A stretch of DNA of 64,000 nucleotides from Ophelia neglecta (Eukaryota): the NCBI GenBank assembly GCA_965285935.1, contig OZ260663.1:81778001-81842000 (forward strand), read 5' to 3'. This document shows, piece by piece, positions 13,401-27,200 of the stretch (the stretch's first letter is position 1; each line of letters opens with the position of its first letter). Both the position numbers and the translations under genes were made by a program. The notes beneath the pieces were generated by a model. That model searched no databases and was not told where the DNA came from. It worked only from the letters and a program-made list of their open reading frames with translations.

Positions 13401-16400
13401 ATGCTCTAGTGATAAATCCTTGTAAATTATAAAACACTGCTACATTAAACTAGGTGCCCTTGGCAATTCAATGGGTTTAAACATCTGATTCAAGTTATCG
13501 TAAATATTTTTGTGCTTAGGAAACAATGACTTACAGTAGCGTAATTATCCTATCAAAGAGTGTGCTATATATCACTGTTTGTATAATTATTACTGGTGTA
13601 CCCATCCAAAATGTGACAACAAAAATCAAATAAATAGTGGTATCACACTATACTAGTGTGCGCTAAGCTATTTGTATTAATCTATTGTTTTAGGTTTGGT
13701 ATGTAGTCTTGTCACTTTTCTCTCTCAGAATTTCATATCAATATTATAAAGGTTGCAGTGAGTGATGCTGCTGGAATAGAAATGTTTAATTTATTTCATA
13801 TATGTACCAACAATTCCTAGACATTTAAAAGTATATACCAGGTACATTCACATGTACATGTATACATTTAGAAGCCATCTAGAAACCAAACCGTGTATCT
13901 AAACTTACTGGTGATTGCTCATAACTTCATTACTGATTGTTCCACAGCAGAACACCAACTCTTAGGCCTGTATTAATTAAAGTATTCTTGTTACCGAGGC
14001 AAATATATTTGAAATGAAATAGTTTGGGTTGGTAAAGAAAACACAAACGGTGGACATTGTTTTGAGTATATTACATTGTTTTAAAATGCTTTGTGTTTCC
14101 TCTGTCTTTAAAATGATGTTATCAGTAGGAATCTGAGACAGCCCAGTGTTAGTTAGTGCTGTTGACAAAGCCACTACCTTGTGCATAAAATTGTTCTGTA
14201 GTCAGTATTCCCCAAAGGTCATTCTGCAGCTATTTTTATTATGCAGAGGCTCTCTTTGGGGGTATCTCATTTCTTGCAGAAACATTTTCGATTGGTTAAT
14301 TATTGATTGATTTTCCCTGTAGAATCATATTGCATACACTTTTTTAAAACCACTGCCCTCTGTCTTCTACTGATAAACACCTATAGAGTAAACAAAATGT
14401 TTTGTGCAGGCTTAGCAGTAGAAATCACTTGGGACAAGCATGGTAGGTCCCAGCCTACTGTCAGTGTGGCTGTTACATCAATTGCCTCTCACCCCCCTTA
14501 TTTATCTTTTTTTTTCAGTGTGTTTTGGGATTTATATTGTGCGGCGCCCGAACGACGAGACACATGTGAACATTCTAGTGAAGCAAAAGCATTTCATGAC
14601 TATGTAAGTATAAAAATGAAGAAATTCAACAAATGCATCTATCCTCTAAGACGATCCAAAGCAAGTAGTTTGCTGCTTAATCTCCAGGTGGCAGTGCAAT
14701 CAGCAAGGCAGTCAGAAGTCAATATTTCATGCTAAGGTGTACATTAAATAGTGGAGGTGTACATGTGTATATATATGTGTGGCAGAATTTCTGATTGAGT
14801 GGCTGGTGTAAGAAATGCCAAGAAGTGCTGAGAATGTGCAATGTTTGAGTTAAACAATAACATGCCAAAAGTTTATGGCAAAGAACAACTTTAACAAAAT
14901 ACAAAAATTTATATCTCACTTTTATTCTAACAGTTTTATCAGCAGACAAGACACCTGTCAGAATGAGAAAATAGTTGTACTTGATTCTTTTTTTGACACA
15001 ATTATGCCATTAACAATGTAAATATGATATAAATGGTAAACAGTATTAAAATAGTTTTGGAGCCATCAACCCACATATTAGTGCAAATAGATTGGCTGAT
15101 GTCAGCAGACTTGGCCTTTCTAACAAGAAGTAAAAGGCAAAACATAGAGACAAACCTTTATGATGGCACTGAAATTTAAGTAAACATCATATACATATAT
15201 ATATTGATGATGAAATTACAGTGTTTCAATGCTTAGCAATTTGTCCACCACCTACTGTAGATGTCGCTAAATTTTCATTGCAGAATTTCATAATAATTTT
15301 AACATTTATATAATGGTAGAACAGTGAAGGCATGAAGATAGCACATGTTTGTTTTTGAAGTGAATAGCCCAACAGGGAAAAGCTTTGTTTTAAATAGTTT
15401 GTTTGTGTTTTCAGTGGTTTAACACCTTTACAATGATATTTAAGGACCCTGTCAGAGTTTTTGTAAGCGCACTGTGTGTATATTACCAAGGACCAATATA
15501 TAGGACTATATTATTCTGCTCTGTTCTTCACATACTCTAATACTCACAACATTTCATTGTGCTCCCCCAAACCATAAAATCAGGAACAAGGCATAAATTA
15601 CAATATGACAAACTGTAGTCTACCAAACCTGGCCAATCTTCCCTACAAGCCAGTCGGTGACTGACTGTCTCAAGGGAAGAAATGTTGTTTATTGGAGTTC
15701 AATAATCCTGTCAGTTTTATATTTAATATGTGTTTGATAATGGTAGATCTATATTCTAAAGTATTTCACATGAAAATGTTCTAGGAGTGGTTGGAACCAC
15801 ATATTTCATACATTTTTCAATATCTGTAATCCATTTTCTTCACAAGGCCACCTGACCAGCAGACAGGAGAGTGTTTGTCTGTGCCTGTGAGGAAGCCGGC
15901 AGCCTGTGATAGCATCTAGCCCTGTACAGTCAGTGTCAGTCAGAATGGCTGATCCTCCAATCACAGGAGGAGACAAACACTTAATAACAGTGGCTCAGCC
16001 ACCACCAACAGACCTGCTCAGGCAGGGCAACCAAGGGGGCATTCCATCTGCCTTTTGGGGATAACAATCACCAAGAGCTGCTGTTTATTACACCACAACA
16101 GGCTGTCCCCCCTTCCATACCCACCACAGGGCCTAGCCCTACTAGCCATCAGAGGGTAGTACCTCTGCTGTGAGAAGTTACCCAATCCGCATTGTGTCCG
16201 AACAGCTGAACAATGCTGAATGGCCTTCTGAAACATATATTATGATCTAAAAAGGTACACTATGTATAAAATGTACCTCGAACTACAAAGCCAACTTAAG
16301 GCATCTCAATTTTACCTGCATGCTATATGAATCAGTCACACATGAATACATAAATAATAAAGGACATGGTGACTGGACTAGGCACAACTTCTAAATGTGC

Positions 16401-19400
16401 TGAAGAACAGATTTTGAAAATTCTTTAAGTCTAGCATATTTGACCATCTTTATGAATGGCAGGAGATGCCCCCCTTCATTCCTAGCTAGGCCAACAACAC
16501 ATGCACATAAACCTCACTTAAAACAAAACTCATGACTATACCTATACACACAGTAGCATCTCGTGGCATTCTCTCAATACCTATAGCTATGATATAGGTA
16601 TTGCATGACCTTTGGGCTTTTTACCAAAGAACAAAGATAAAATATTGTTTGAGAAATCAAAATATATATAGTACCCTAATTTCTAATATCTATGTAAAGT
16701 TCTCCACCAATGACAAATAGCTTCTGTTTGTAAAATAAAAAAAATTATAGCAAATTAAAAAAATACGTATTGAGGCAGAGATTGCCCACTAGTGTACATA
16801 TTTATGGTATTTTTGCCCACACTGGTTCATGAAGAGGACAAGACAATGCTGTGAAATGTGACTGTGAAAGGCCATCTGGTGAGGCAGAGAAGCAGCTTGC
16901 CGGCCTAGCCAGGTGACATGTTCTTTTCACCTGTCCAAGCATTGTACTGGTCTAAAGCTGTCAGGTGTAGTGATGTAGCCACAGATAACAACACATCCAC
17001 TGTCCTCCGACTTCTCTGTACACCACTGTTCTACTAGATGAGGTTACAGACCTATTAGATGAGATTCTCAACTTGACTAACAATAAAAAATTGTCCTTTA
17101 TAGAAACAAATAACATTCACTACCTGATTCTATGAACACCTGTTACTTGCTGTATTTAAAAGCCTACCAATTTAAGCGCCAAAGGTATAATTAAATTATT
17201 AAGTTTCTTAATGCCTAGTTTGTGCCTCGTTATATGGAGAGGGGCACAGAAGTGGGCAGAAGAACGTGTGCCAACAATTGTATTCAAATCTAGTTTAGTT
17301 TAAAAAAAAGTCCGGGCTGTTTTTATGAGTGTCGATGCACATTGTACAATTCTTCCAAGTAGAATTGGTGTATGCTTTCTGATAACTGCAGAATGTTCAC
17401 CTCTCCTGTGCCAAGTGGCTGTCATGGTTACCGAGATTTTGATATACCGGTATGTGTGTGCACATTTCTACTTGTGAAGTTAAACTGAAAAAATTACTGT
17501 TTGGATAATTTATTAAATGTAACAAATTTTATGTGAAATACAGATAAGAACACATATATATGCAAGATTTTCCAAAAAAAAACTTGATACTCCCAAAACA
17601 AACAATGTATTTCTTTTAATATTTAATGTTGTAGTAATCTTGGAGATATACTCTATATCCTAGAACAGTACCTTACGGTAAAAAAGGTCCCGTATTGGGG
17701 TTGGGGTGGGGGTGGGGGATGGGGGGCAAGAAGTTATATGTACATACATCTGACCACACCAGGGCAGAATAAGGTAAAAGAACAGCAGGTCTTTTTAGTG
17801 GAAATACGTATATAAGCAAACAGGAGATCTAATAACGATGTCCTAGCTCTGTACACTGGCTAACGATGTCATAGCTCTGTACACTGGCTAGCATTAATAC
17901 ACAATCATACTTGAATTTGGCTCAGCAACACCCTTTTAGGCGTAATTTTATCTCCAGTAATGACACCTTCTCATATTTTTTACCTCATGCTGCCCCTGCC
18001 TGTGTCATAATCTTGTGGGCAGAAAATGCAAGAATGATTGAAATATAAAAGGTAACTAGTGACCCATCTGACTGGCACATCAAAAGGGAATGAATACAAA
18101 AACAGGGCAACCTTTACCACTACAGCACAATTGTAAGATACATTTAACTATTATAAGATACATTCAACAATTGTAAGATACATTTATCAATTATGCTTAA
18201 TATACTCTTTGATTTCCTTTCTCTCTCGCAACTGTAGGGCATAGGGATCATCAATATAGAGTAATTAACTATGGCCAGAAGTATCGTCTATGGATGAGAT
18301 TTTACCTTTCCACATTTGGTGGACAAAGCCATATTTGTTATACAGTGCTTTAAATCCAGTGGATTTATATTATAAGTCTGCCGATAGATGCAGACAATAA
18401 AATAGCACGAAAATAAAGACTTTTGATGCAAATCAATTATTTAAGCCATCCCCAGCGTCCCCACTGTAGATCATGGGTATGTAGCATGGCTGAAATGCCA
18501 ACATGGGATTTTGACGACAGTCGCCACCCAGAATAGGTGCACTCATAAAATATAGATGGCATTCTTTTGATATGCCTCTCCCAGAAGGTGTAGACGGGCT
18601 AAAGTCTGGGACCACAGGTAATCTGGCTCCCATCGTTCCATCCTAAACTGCTACCTTGTCGCAATATTCCCCGCCTTTGTCCAAACCTTGTTCCAGAAGA
18701 AAAAATATCTGTCTATATTTGATTTTACCTACATGTATACCTTGACAAGGTTCCTAGAATATCTATAGACATGTATGATACCACTGAAGAGACTGTCAAT
18801 TACTTCAGTACAAATACACATATCAGTGTGCCTGAAACTGTACTTACATGTGCTTACATGTATATTAGGAGATTTTTTTGGGATTGTCTGACCCATCTAC
18901 CGCAAAAATGTTAATAAAGATCTCACAGTAGTTGGAAAATTTCATTTACTGGTGTGCCAGTACTTGGCATGAAAATTTATGGTTGCCTCAAGTTATTAAA
19001 GTTGTAGCTTTCATTAAATTTATGAAGATAATTATAAAATAACATTCAGCTTTCAGTTATGATATATGCACTTTTAATACTGACATAGGTAATAAATTAT
19101 CTTTTTTTTCTTTTCAGGGTTTTGTAAATTCAGGGTATGGTGTAAATGGAATAGCACATGTGAGTACCATTTATTATTAGTAATCATTAATAATGAGTGT
19201 TAAAATCTATAATATAAAAACAAAACCAAAAAAAAAAAACAAATAGACCTGAGTCAAAAAGGATATACACATATCTCTAATATACATAATATAGGTTAAT
19301 GGATTGAAAAAAAGAATTTAACAAGGATGGGCTAGTTGAAAAAATTAACAAAGCAATTTTTAAAATCAGTAGACAAATTAGAAATGAAAATATATAATAA

Positions 19401-21172
19401 ATACAGTCTTCAGTACATATATATGTATCATTATTAAAAGCAAATAAGTATAGGAACAAGCATTAACAAATGAAACTTATTGTCACTATTAAGGTTTGTT
19501 TGACATCCGCACCAAAAAATATAAAGAGTTATTAGTGCTTAAGTTAGCCAAACAAGAAACAAAATTAAACATATTTCCAAATAACTCATTTCCATGGATT
19601 CACTATAAAAGGTAGTTATATGTTGCTTGCTCCAACTATAGTAGATGCAAACAAATGTCAAATTTAAGTCCTAAAACTAGCCAGTTTAAAACCATAGCCA
19701 CAATTTTCACATGGCAAATTGGTGTTTTTTACGGCACAAGTTGCCTTAGAATAGTTAGTTTGGTTGAGATACATTGAACATGACAGTAGTACATATTAAC
19801 ATAATTACTGTTATGTGTGCCAATGAAAACTGGTTTGTCACTGCTGTATGCACCTCAAATTATACCCTTGATTCAGTCGAAGATGAATAGCTATTTTTCC
19901 ATCTGTATATTGCATATGTGTACATGTATGGCCATGTATGGCCATGTTTGAAAGCAGTAATACAAGGCTGTGCCATCTGTGACAAGCTATAGGCTAGAAA
20001 GTTACAGTTTTGTGCTGGTCAGTGGAAGCAACTGGGCGCTGTGGAGACACTATATCCACAGAGTCTACATTATGTCTGTGACAGCTTTATACCTTGTATC
20101 ATGACTGACATCAATGATTCCGACATTTTTATGCCGAGGAGCTCCTCGTCACATAAGGCCATTATCAAGGCAGCCTTTGTGAACAAAACCCAAAAAAGAA
20201 TGATTGCAGATTGAAGTTCACAGTTCCCCAAAAAGGCAAAATTCTGCTTTTTTCCTTGTGCTTTATTGTTCAAGAAAAGATCAGCAAAATATTAAATTTT
20301 GAATAAGCATTGTTACGAATTGAATGTCTATTGTGATTCCAATGAGGCATCCCTGCAGCTCGATCAGCACATTCATAGTATAATGAATGTTTGGACTGGT
20401 CAACAATGACTAATTAGTGTGTACACCAAACTTGTCTTCAACAATTTATCAAATTTATACTGTGCCTCTGCCAATGGTTGGTTCTGTTAGATGGAGTTTC
20501 TCTAATCCAAAGACAGTACAATGTATATTGTATAGTAAACTTTCACCCACTGATTTTTATTTGAGATAATACTGCAGGCTTTGTATTCAAGTTATATAAC
20601 CTGACCAGGAGTCTGCTGCTCAGGACAATGATCATCATTTCTTTTGCCTAGATACCTTTTAAAAAATACAGATGTCCATTTGATATGTGATTGCATATTT
20701 AGAAATCTGGGGATTTTCCTTTTATTTTTATCAACTTGAAATCTGCTGCCATGGCAACCAAATCTTAAACATTTGTTGTGGCAATGGTGACTCAAGAAAT
20801 TTAGGACTGATTTAAACAGAATGGGTACGATCTATGCATTATACCACATGGATGAAAACCTAAGTTAAAAGAAACTATGAGTTACACTTCTGATAGGGAT
20901 ACAAAGTTCAACTTTACTGGGAGTTTTAGGCTTTGATGTATGATCATTTTTATATTATTAACTTTTATATGAAATATAAAAGCTAAATATCTTAGCATCT
21001 GCTTATATCATCAGAGATGCTCAATGTAAGCTTGTTCTACCGTGTACCAGTATATCAGTATGATGGTAGAGGATTCCTTCACACACAAAATGTCACCTTT
21101 CATGGCAAGCAAATTGCTACCTATTTTGTCTTAACTGGTTATAGAGATCCAAGACACAATATATATACATAA

Positions 21173-21209
<37 letters not shown>

Positions 21210-24200
21210 AATTGATTTGTTAAGTTGCACATTGTTAAAGTAGGTTATCTACCTGACCAGATCTGGCTACAGCCACTTATTGTGTACATCAGATAGATTT
21301 AGGTTTGTCAAGGTAAGTTGTATGCTTGTATGACTGTGACAGTTGGAGTACGAATGTACAAGGAAGTTACCAGTGTGCCTAGATTAATGGCTTCATTGAA
21401 ATGGAATCGAACCAATAATGTTCTCAGTCCAAGTTTTATTAAGGCTCTCAAGATATTCTTTAGTCAAATGGAATTGTCATTTTTCTCCTTACTAGAATTG
21501 AGTAAAATGTAATGTTACCAAAATGCTATATTTTTATGTTCACCACATTAGTCATAGTGCCATCACATTTCCTGTGTAACACTGGTCTAAACATTATTTT
21601 AACTTGTTGTCAGTATCAACTAGAGTCCCGGCTCTAAAGAATGCCGGTACACAAACGCGTCTTTCTACTCGCAAGCCGTGATGCCAGGCTGCAACATGCT
21701 GGCCTCCAGATTACTGTGATTGGGCAATTGTTAAGCCATGAATTTCTTGTGGCATGGTCGGTACCATAGCTTGTGGAGATGCCTTTAGTTGTTATCTTTT
21801 TGTTTTAGTTTATTATAATCTGGTATTTGACAAAACTTAACATTTCTCTGCCTTCTTCCAGGCATTTTGTTGAAATCACACACACATTAACTATACACTA
21901 TATATTTCTAGCTAGGTTACGTGATACTTGCCAAGTTGTACTGCCTGTGCTTAGCACCCTGTCATATTGACTAGACAAAGCTAGGTAACATGGCCCCGGG
22001 CATTCTGAGCGGTTGACCGAGAAATTCATTCATTTGAAAAGTTGCCTATGCTGGGAATCAGCCCTGTGCAGAGTGCATGTTGGTACACCCTAAATTCACT
22101 GCTGATACCTATGCTCTAAGTCATCAGTTGAGATATCAAGCCATTGATTTTGTTGCCTAGCAGCTTCTGTTCTGCCATCTCTTAGTACCATCTCGGAGGA
22201 TACCATACTGTGTATACTACTACACTTAGGCTCTACAAAATGAATGTTGTGCTTCTCAGTTGTGCTCTCATACTTCACACCTGCCCCCTAGTTTCTCTTA
22301 TTATTTTTTTTTATTCAAACATCCTCAATGATAAACATGGCCAAAAGGATATTTTTAAAGAAGTTAGGATATAATGAATAAATAATTCTCTTCCCCATCA
22401 CTTGGCATAAACAGTGCTTGGGAAATCCTTCTTTCTTATTAATACCGATATATTAAAACAAAGAATGACCTGGCTTAATCCTTTGAACATATGAAGTGCA
22501 TCTACGAAAGTTTGGATAATTAATAAAATAAAATAACACAACATCTGCCTGTATTGTAAGAAAAAGTGCCTGAGTAAGAAAAATAAGAATACCCCCTTTT
22601 GAAAAATTGCCCCCTCCCCCCTGCCCCCTTGGCTCACCCTTTTGAAACAAAGGTGCCTGAGAAATATTACATTAAATTTGTTCGACCGTAAAGGCTGAAA
22701 TTTCAAACCACTTTATTCCAACATCAAACCAAATTCAGAGTGGCATTTTGTTTTAACGTAATAAATACAGCTTAAGAGAAAGTGATTTAGACAAAATATG
22801 CCTCTCTGAGCCGTTTACTAATGACAGTGGATTTCTATCAAAGAGGACAGGCATGAAGGGACTCTAGGTGGTTTTGAATATGTCCCTCCGATGTTTGTAC
22901 TTGGTTCCATTGGACTTTGGCCTTTTTCACTGATGAATATCGTAAATATAAATGTGTACATTGACGAGCCTTGCCTGATAGGTTACTTTGAAAAATTTGT
23001 GGCACTTCCTATTTTTACATGATAATAAGAAGTAAGCAGACATCCATTTTTTATATTAATAGCAAAGCAAACCCTTCCTGTATCCAACAGACAAAGCAAT
23101 TAAATATAATATTATATGTTATTTGTTTTTGTATTTGAGTTTACTATTGACTCCTGAACAGAATAAGGTTTAAGATATGAGCATCATGATTTAGCTTTAT
23201 TCTAGCAACAATTATCTTCCAGTTTAGTATAGAGATATTATTGCCATCATGATTTTCCTAGAGGATGTGAGGATGAAATTTTATCAATATGAATGCAGGG
23301 AGCCAGTGAAGTCAGTTGGGTAGGAAATGTTAACACTGGAACAATACAACACCCTCCTATGCACAGTATTGATTTGTGGAGATCCACATGCTCTAGGCTG
23401 GTTCCCGCTGCCCGAAACTATGTCCACATAGAATAACATTTTTCTTTTGTGCTCAGTGTAAATCATCTTCTAAGAAGTGAGGAAGAATGTACCTTTAAAG
23501 TGCTTTATATTTGGTAAAGTTTGCAAGAAAATGATTTTGAATATGACAAACAGTTGTCCATAAGAGTGAACATTTAGTATGATGTCAGGAAGCAGTCTAA
23601 TTTGACTATTGATTTTTCAGCAGATCCACATGGCCTTACACTAGGCTGGAGGCCCCATCTGGGGATTGTCGGAATTGTGGACACTGTGGGAGATGATCCT
23701 GTTTTGTAGGTTTCATTCTTGTCCAGAGTATATGCAATATGGCACCCTTAGCTAGCTGTATACTGTGTCTACTTCTTTTGGCTACTTTCATGCAAGTTGA
23801 GAAAACAGACAAACCAAATTATGCGCTTCAAGGCCTTGATTTTCCAGTAAAGGCTCCTCTGCTCTTAGCCACTTGACAACCTGTCCCCCCTTTGTGGTTT
23901 TAGTTTGGTATGGCCCTGGCAGGTAGGGATTGCAGAGCACATGGCTAGGCCGGTTGGCTTGCTTCCAGAAATATGAACAAGTGGAAAAGACTGCTGTGTA
24001 CCTGTCAAAATAGAAATGTTCTCTATTATTCTAAACAATAAATAAGGCATTTGTTTTTCTCTTGACGTGTCATTTCCTTGGCTATGAAATTTGATATCAA
24101 ATATGTGGCAGTTCACTTATTTCAAAGACTTTAGAAATGGGCATTCTTTTAGTCTCTGAACTCTTTCTGGAACTGAAATATTGTAAAATATTCCTCTTGG

Positions 24201-27200
24201 AGTGGTGATCTAACTGAATATCTAAGATTATTTATAGAAATTCATTTATACCAGTGTCACACTGACTATAAGAGTTAAGAATTTAACTGAAACAGTGTGT
24301 GCATTACTGCCCATTATATTATACTTAACCAGAATCATCAGAATTGAAGGATAGCAGTGAATTATATACTGGCAAATGTCTGTTGCATCAAAACCCATGG
24401 GTCATATTGCTGTAGTGAAATGAACACAGAAACTGTTAAATTTGTCATTACAATAATAAATCCATTGATTTTGTCACATTTCAGGGGTTTGTGTAGTTAT
24501 AATTTCAAGCATTATCTTAATGGAAAATTTATTCTCCACCCTGTACTTATTTTAAAACAGTTCCTCTTGAAATACATGGCGGCTGTTGTTCTATAAAAGG
24601 TATGATTGTTAGCTTTGGTTCTTTTCTTGGTGAAAGTGTTGAAACATCCCTGAATACTATGGTTATCTGGGGCGAGGCTATCTCTCCGACAGTTGGTGGG
24701 GTAGATGCTGGTTCTGTTACTGGTTCTTCTATGACTGCTCCATTGTTCAATCCATCACCTCCGCCAGCCAGACTGATACAGGGCGGAGGGCAAGGGGGCA
24801 GCCTTGAACAGTCACCAAACGGCTCCTACATCTGCCACCCAACCGCCACTACCTGCCACAATTTGTGGCTGGTCATATTCTACAACTCCACAGCCTCTTC
24901 CCACACTGTGGGAGTTGTTAGCCTTCAGGTGCTGTCTGCACTACACTGTACTTTTTAGACTGTGCAGTTTTTAAGAAAAAAAGAGCGCAGCCTATTTTCA
25001 GAAATTAGTTTAAATTATTGCAGTAATATTTTGATGATTCAGAATTTTGGTAGCAGTTGGTTACACCTCAATGATTAATGAAAGCTAATTACAAGTTCAA
25101 CATCACCAGTTGTACAGAAAGGATTCAGTACCAAAGGTATAGCCCTAGCTAATTAGCATAGTGGTGACAAATTACATAACAAGTCTACATGGCTCTGGTA
25201 GAAGATAGAACTTGCTGAAACTGGCTGAATGCGTTTTGAACTGGTTATTAGACTAGTGTGGACAAGCCCATACATGTAGGTGTACTAGTATTTTAAAGAA
25301 CCTGTAGATAGGGCCCTGGTTAGTGTACATGCATCCCGGGGGGGGGGGGGGGGGGGGGGGTACTCCCATTATTTTTGGGTGGGGGTGTGCGGCTGGTACC
25401 TGGCAAACCCTACCCTTGAATTAGGGACATTATGACTTCAAACCTACCCTTGATTTAGGGACATTTTGACTTCAAACTTGGCACTTTGTTATGACATACA
25501 TGTAACCTCGTGGAATGGAATACAGGTTATTCACTGCCCTAGGCAATTCAGAATCATGCCCGACAGGATGAATTTTTTTCTAGAAACCATACCCTTTATT
25601 AGGGAAGAAATCAACAAAAAGGTACCCTTGGTTTAGGGAAGTTTTGAGGAAAAACGACCCTTCTCGGCCGCACATACCCAGTATGCCGGATAATGGGAGT
25701 ACCCCCCCCGGGACATGCATGACCCAATACTGTCACACATTTCAGTTTAAATGTAGTAGTTATAGTTTAGCCTTAAACATATTGATAATTGAACAGTTGT
25801 ACTCAAAAATATTCCTAACATCATACCCTGATGTAACAGGACATTTCATAGGCTCCTTGTGCAAATACGAGGGGGCCTGTTGAAAAATAGCTCAAGTACA
25901 GAGCCATAATGGAGTTTTAATAGCTTTGCGGGCTGCAATGAGGGGTTGGCAAGGGGGGCAGGGTAAGCACATCTCGCTTTCACAGTGCATGTGCTAGTAC
26001 TTGTGTTTTTTGCCTCATAATTGTCATATTTTCAAACAAGTGCAGTCATGCTTGCAGGACAGTATTTGCTGTTTAGTTGTTGATTACCTGTCTGGATGTG
26101 TTCAGACCTTTGCTCTATCCAGATAAGGCTCTTTAGTGCGAATGTACCACAATCCACACATGACTACTTCACTTAAAAGGACTATCTGACCTTAGATGTT
26201 TTAAGTCCAATACATGTATATACAGGTGTTTATCCAAGAAAAAAAATGATACTAAATTGTATTAGCTGCATTGAGTATTAGGGTAATACTATCCTGGCTT
26301 TTTTTTTTGAGGTAGATTTAAACATTTTAATTGATCATTGGCAACAAGGCCTCAGTAAATTTAGAACCTTGAGTGCTACTATTTTTTTGTTAGTTATTCC
26401 AGATTACTGTTTACTAGTATGTTATATATTCAGTACAGTTGCAAGTTGCTGGCCATTCATATTTTATGTCAGTGATGGGCTGATTCAGTTTTGTCATGGA
26501 GCCATGAAGTCTGCATGTTGGGTTCCCTCATGAGAGAGCAAATGGAGACTCTGATGGACACAAGAGTATATCTACCTTGCTAGTTAGCCTATCACAAATG
26601 GACACTGGACACTGAGTCTATCTGCCTTAGTAGTTAGCTTATCGTAGTTTTCTACAGAGTCCTAGTTTGACAGGCTTTATATAATAGTTTTCCTGGTCCT
26701 GACTAGATGAGATGCCTGTCCTGGCAAAAAAACTACCGCGTACCTCTCATCTAGGCTTCCTCTGTATATAAATGGTAGCTTACCCAGAGAAATAGCCGAG
26801 TGACTCTTCTAAGCGCTGAGAGTCACTCCTCTACACCTCCCACTACTTTTGATGTGTAAAATACCTGTTTACACCTGTGTACCAGTGTTACTAGTGATTT
26901 TATTTTGACTTTAGGTCATATTGGCAGCCCTTATATTGATATACAGATGTATGTACTTGTACATACAACTAAACAGTAGAGCTGTTTCCAACAGTGATTC
27001 ATTAGCTTTGCAAGATATATTTAAGATTTGAGTTTACTAGTATTTTGAATTTCTTTTGTTGGGGGTTATTTGAATGTTGAGCTAGAGCTGGGTTTGCTAA
27101 TGTGTGGCCCAGCCTTATTCTTAAATGAATGTTGTATCCTTTCAATATTATACATATATCTCTATTAGATCATTTTATGTTCCTCAGGATTCCTCTCCTG

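Noticed and set aside
17834-18195. Short tandem duplications (28-bp x2, 21-bp x3; others at 3616, 34246, 59480)
   Set aside because: Ordinary slippage duplications with no further structure.
21291-21318. Strong AAG|GTAAGT donor suggesting a microexon in intron 5
   Set aside because: No adequate pyrimidine tract or acceptor; candidate lengths of 10 or 20 nt are out of frame.
24602-24958. 118-aa Gly/Pro-rich + strand ORF as an extra SSBP exon
   Set aside because: No convincing splice sites, and the opposite strand carries RT motifs (QGCPL), so it is better explained as a LINE fossil.
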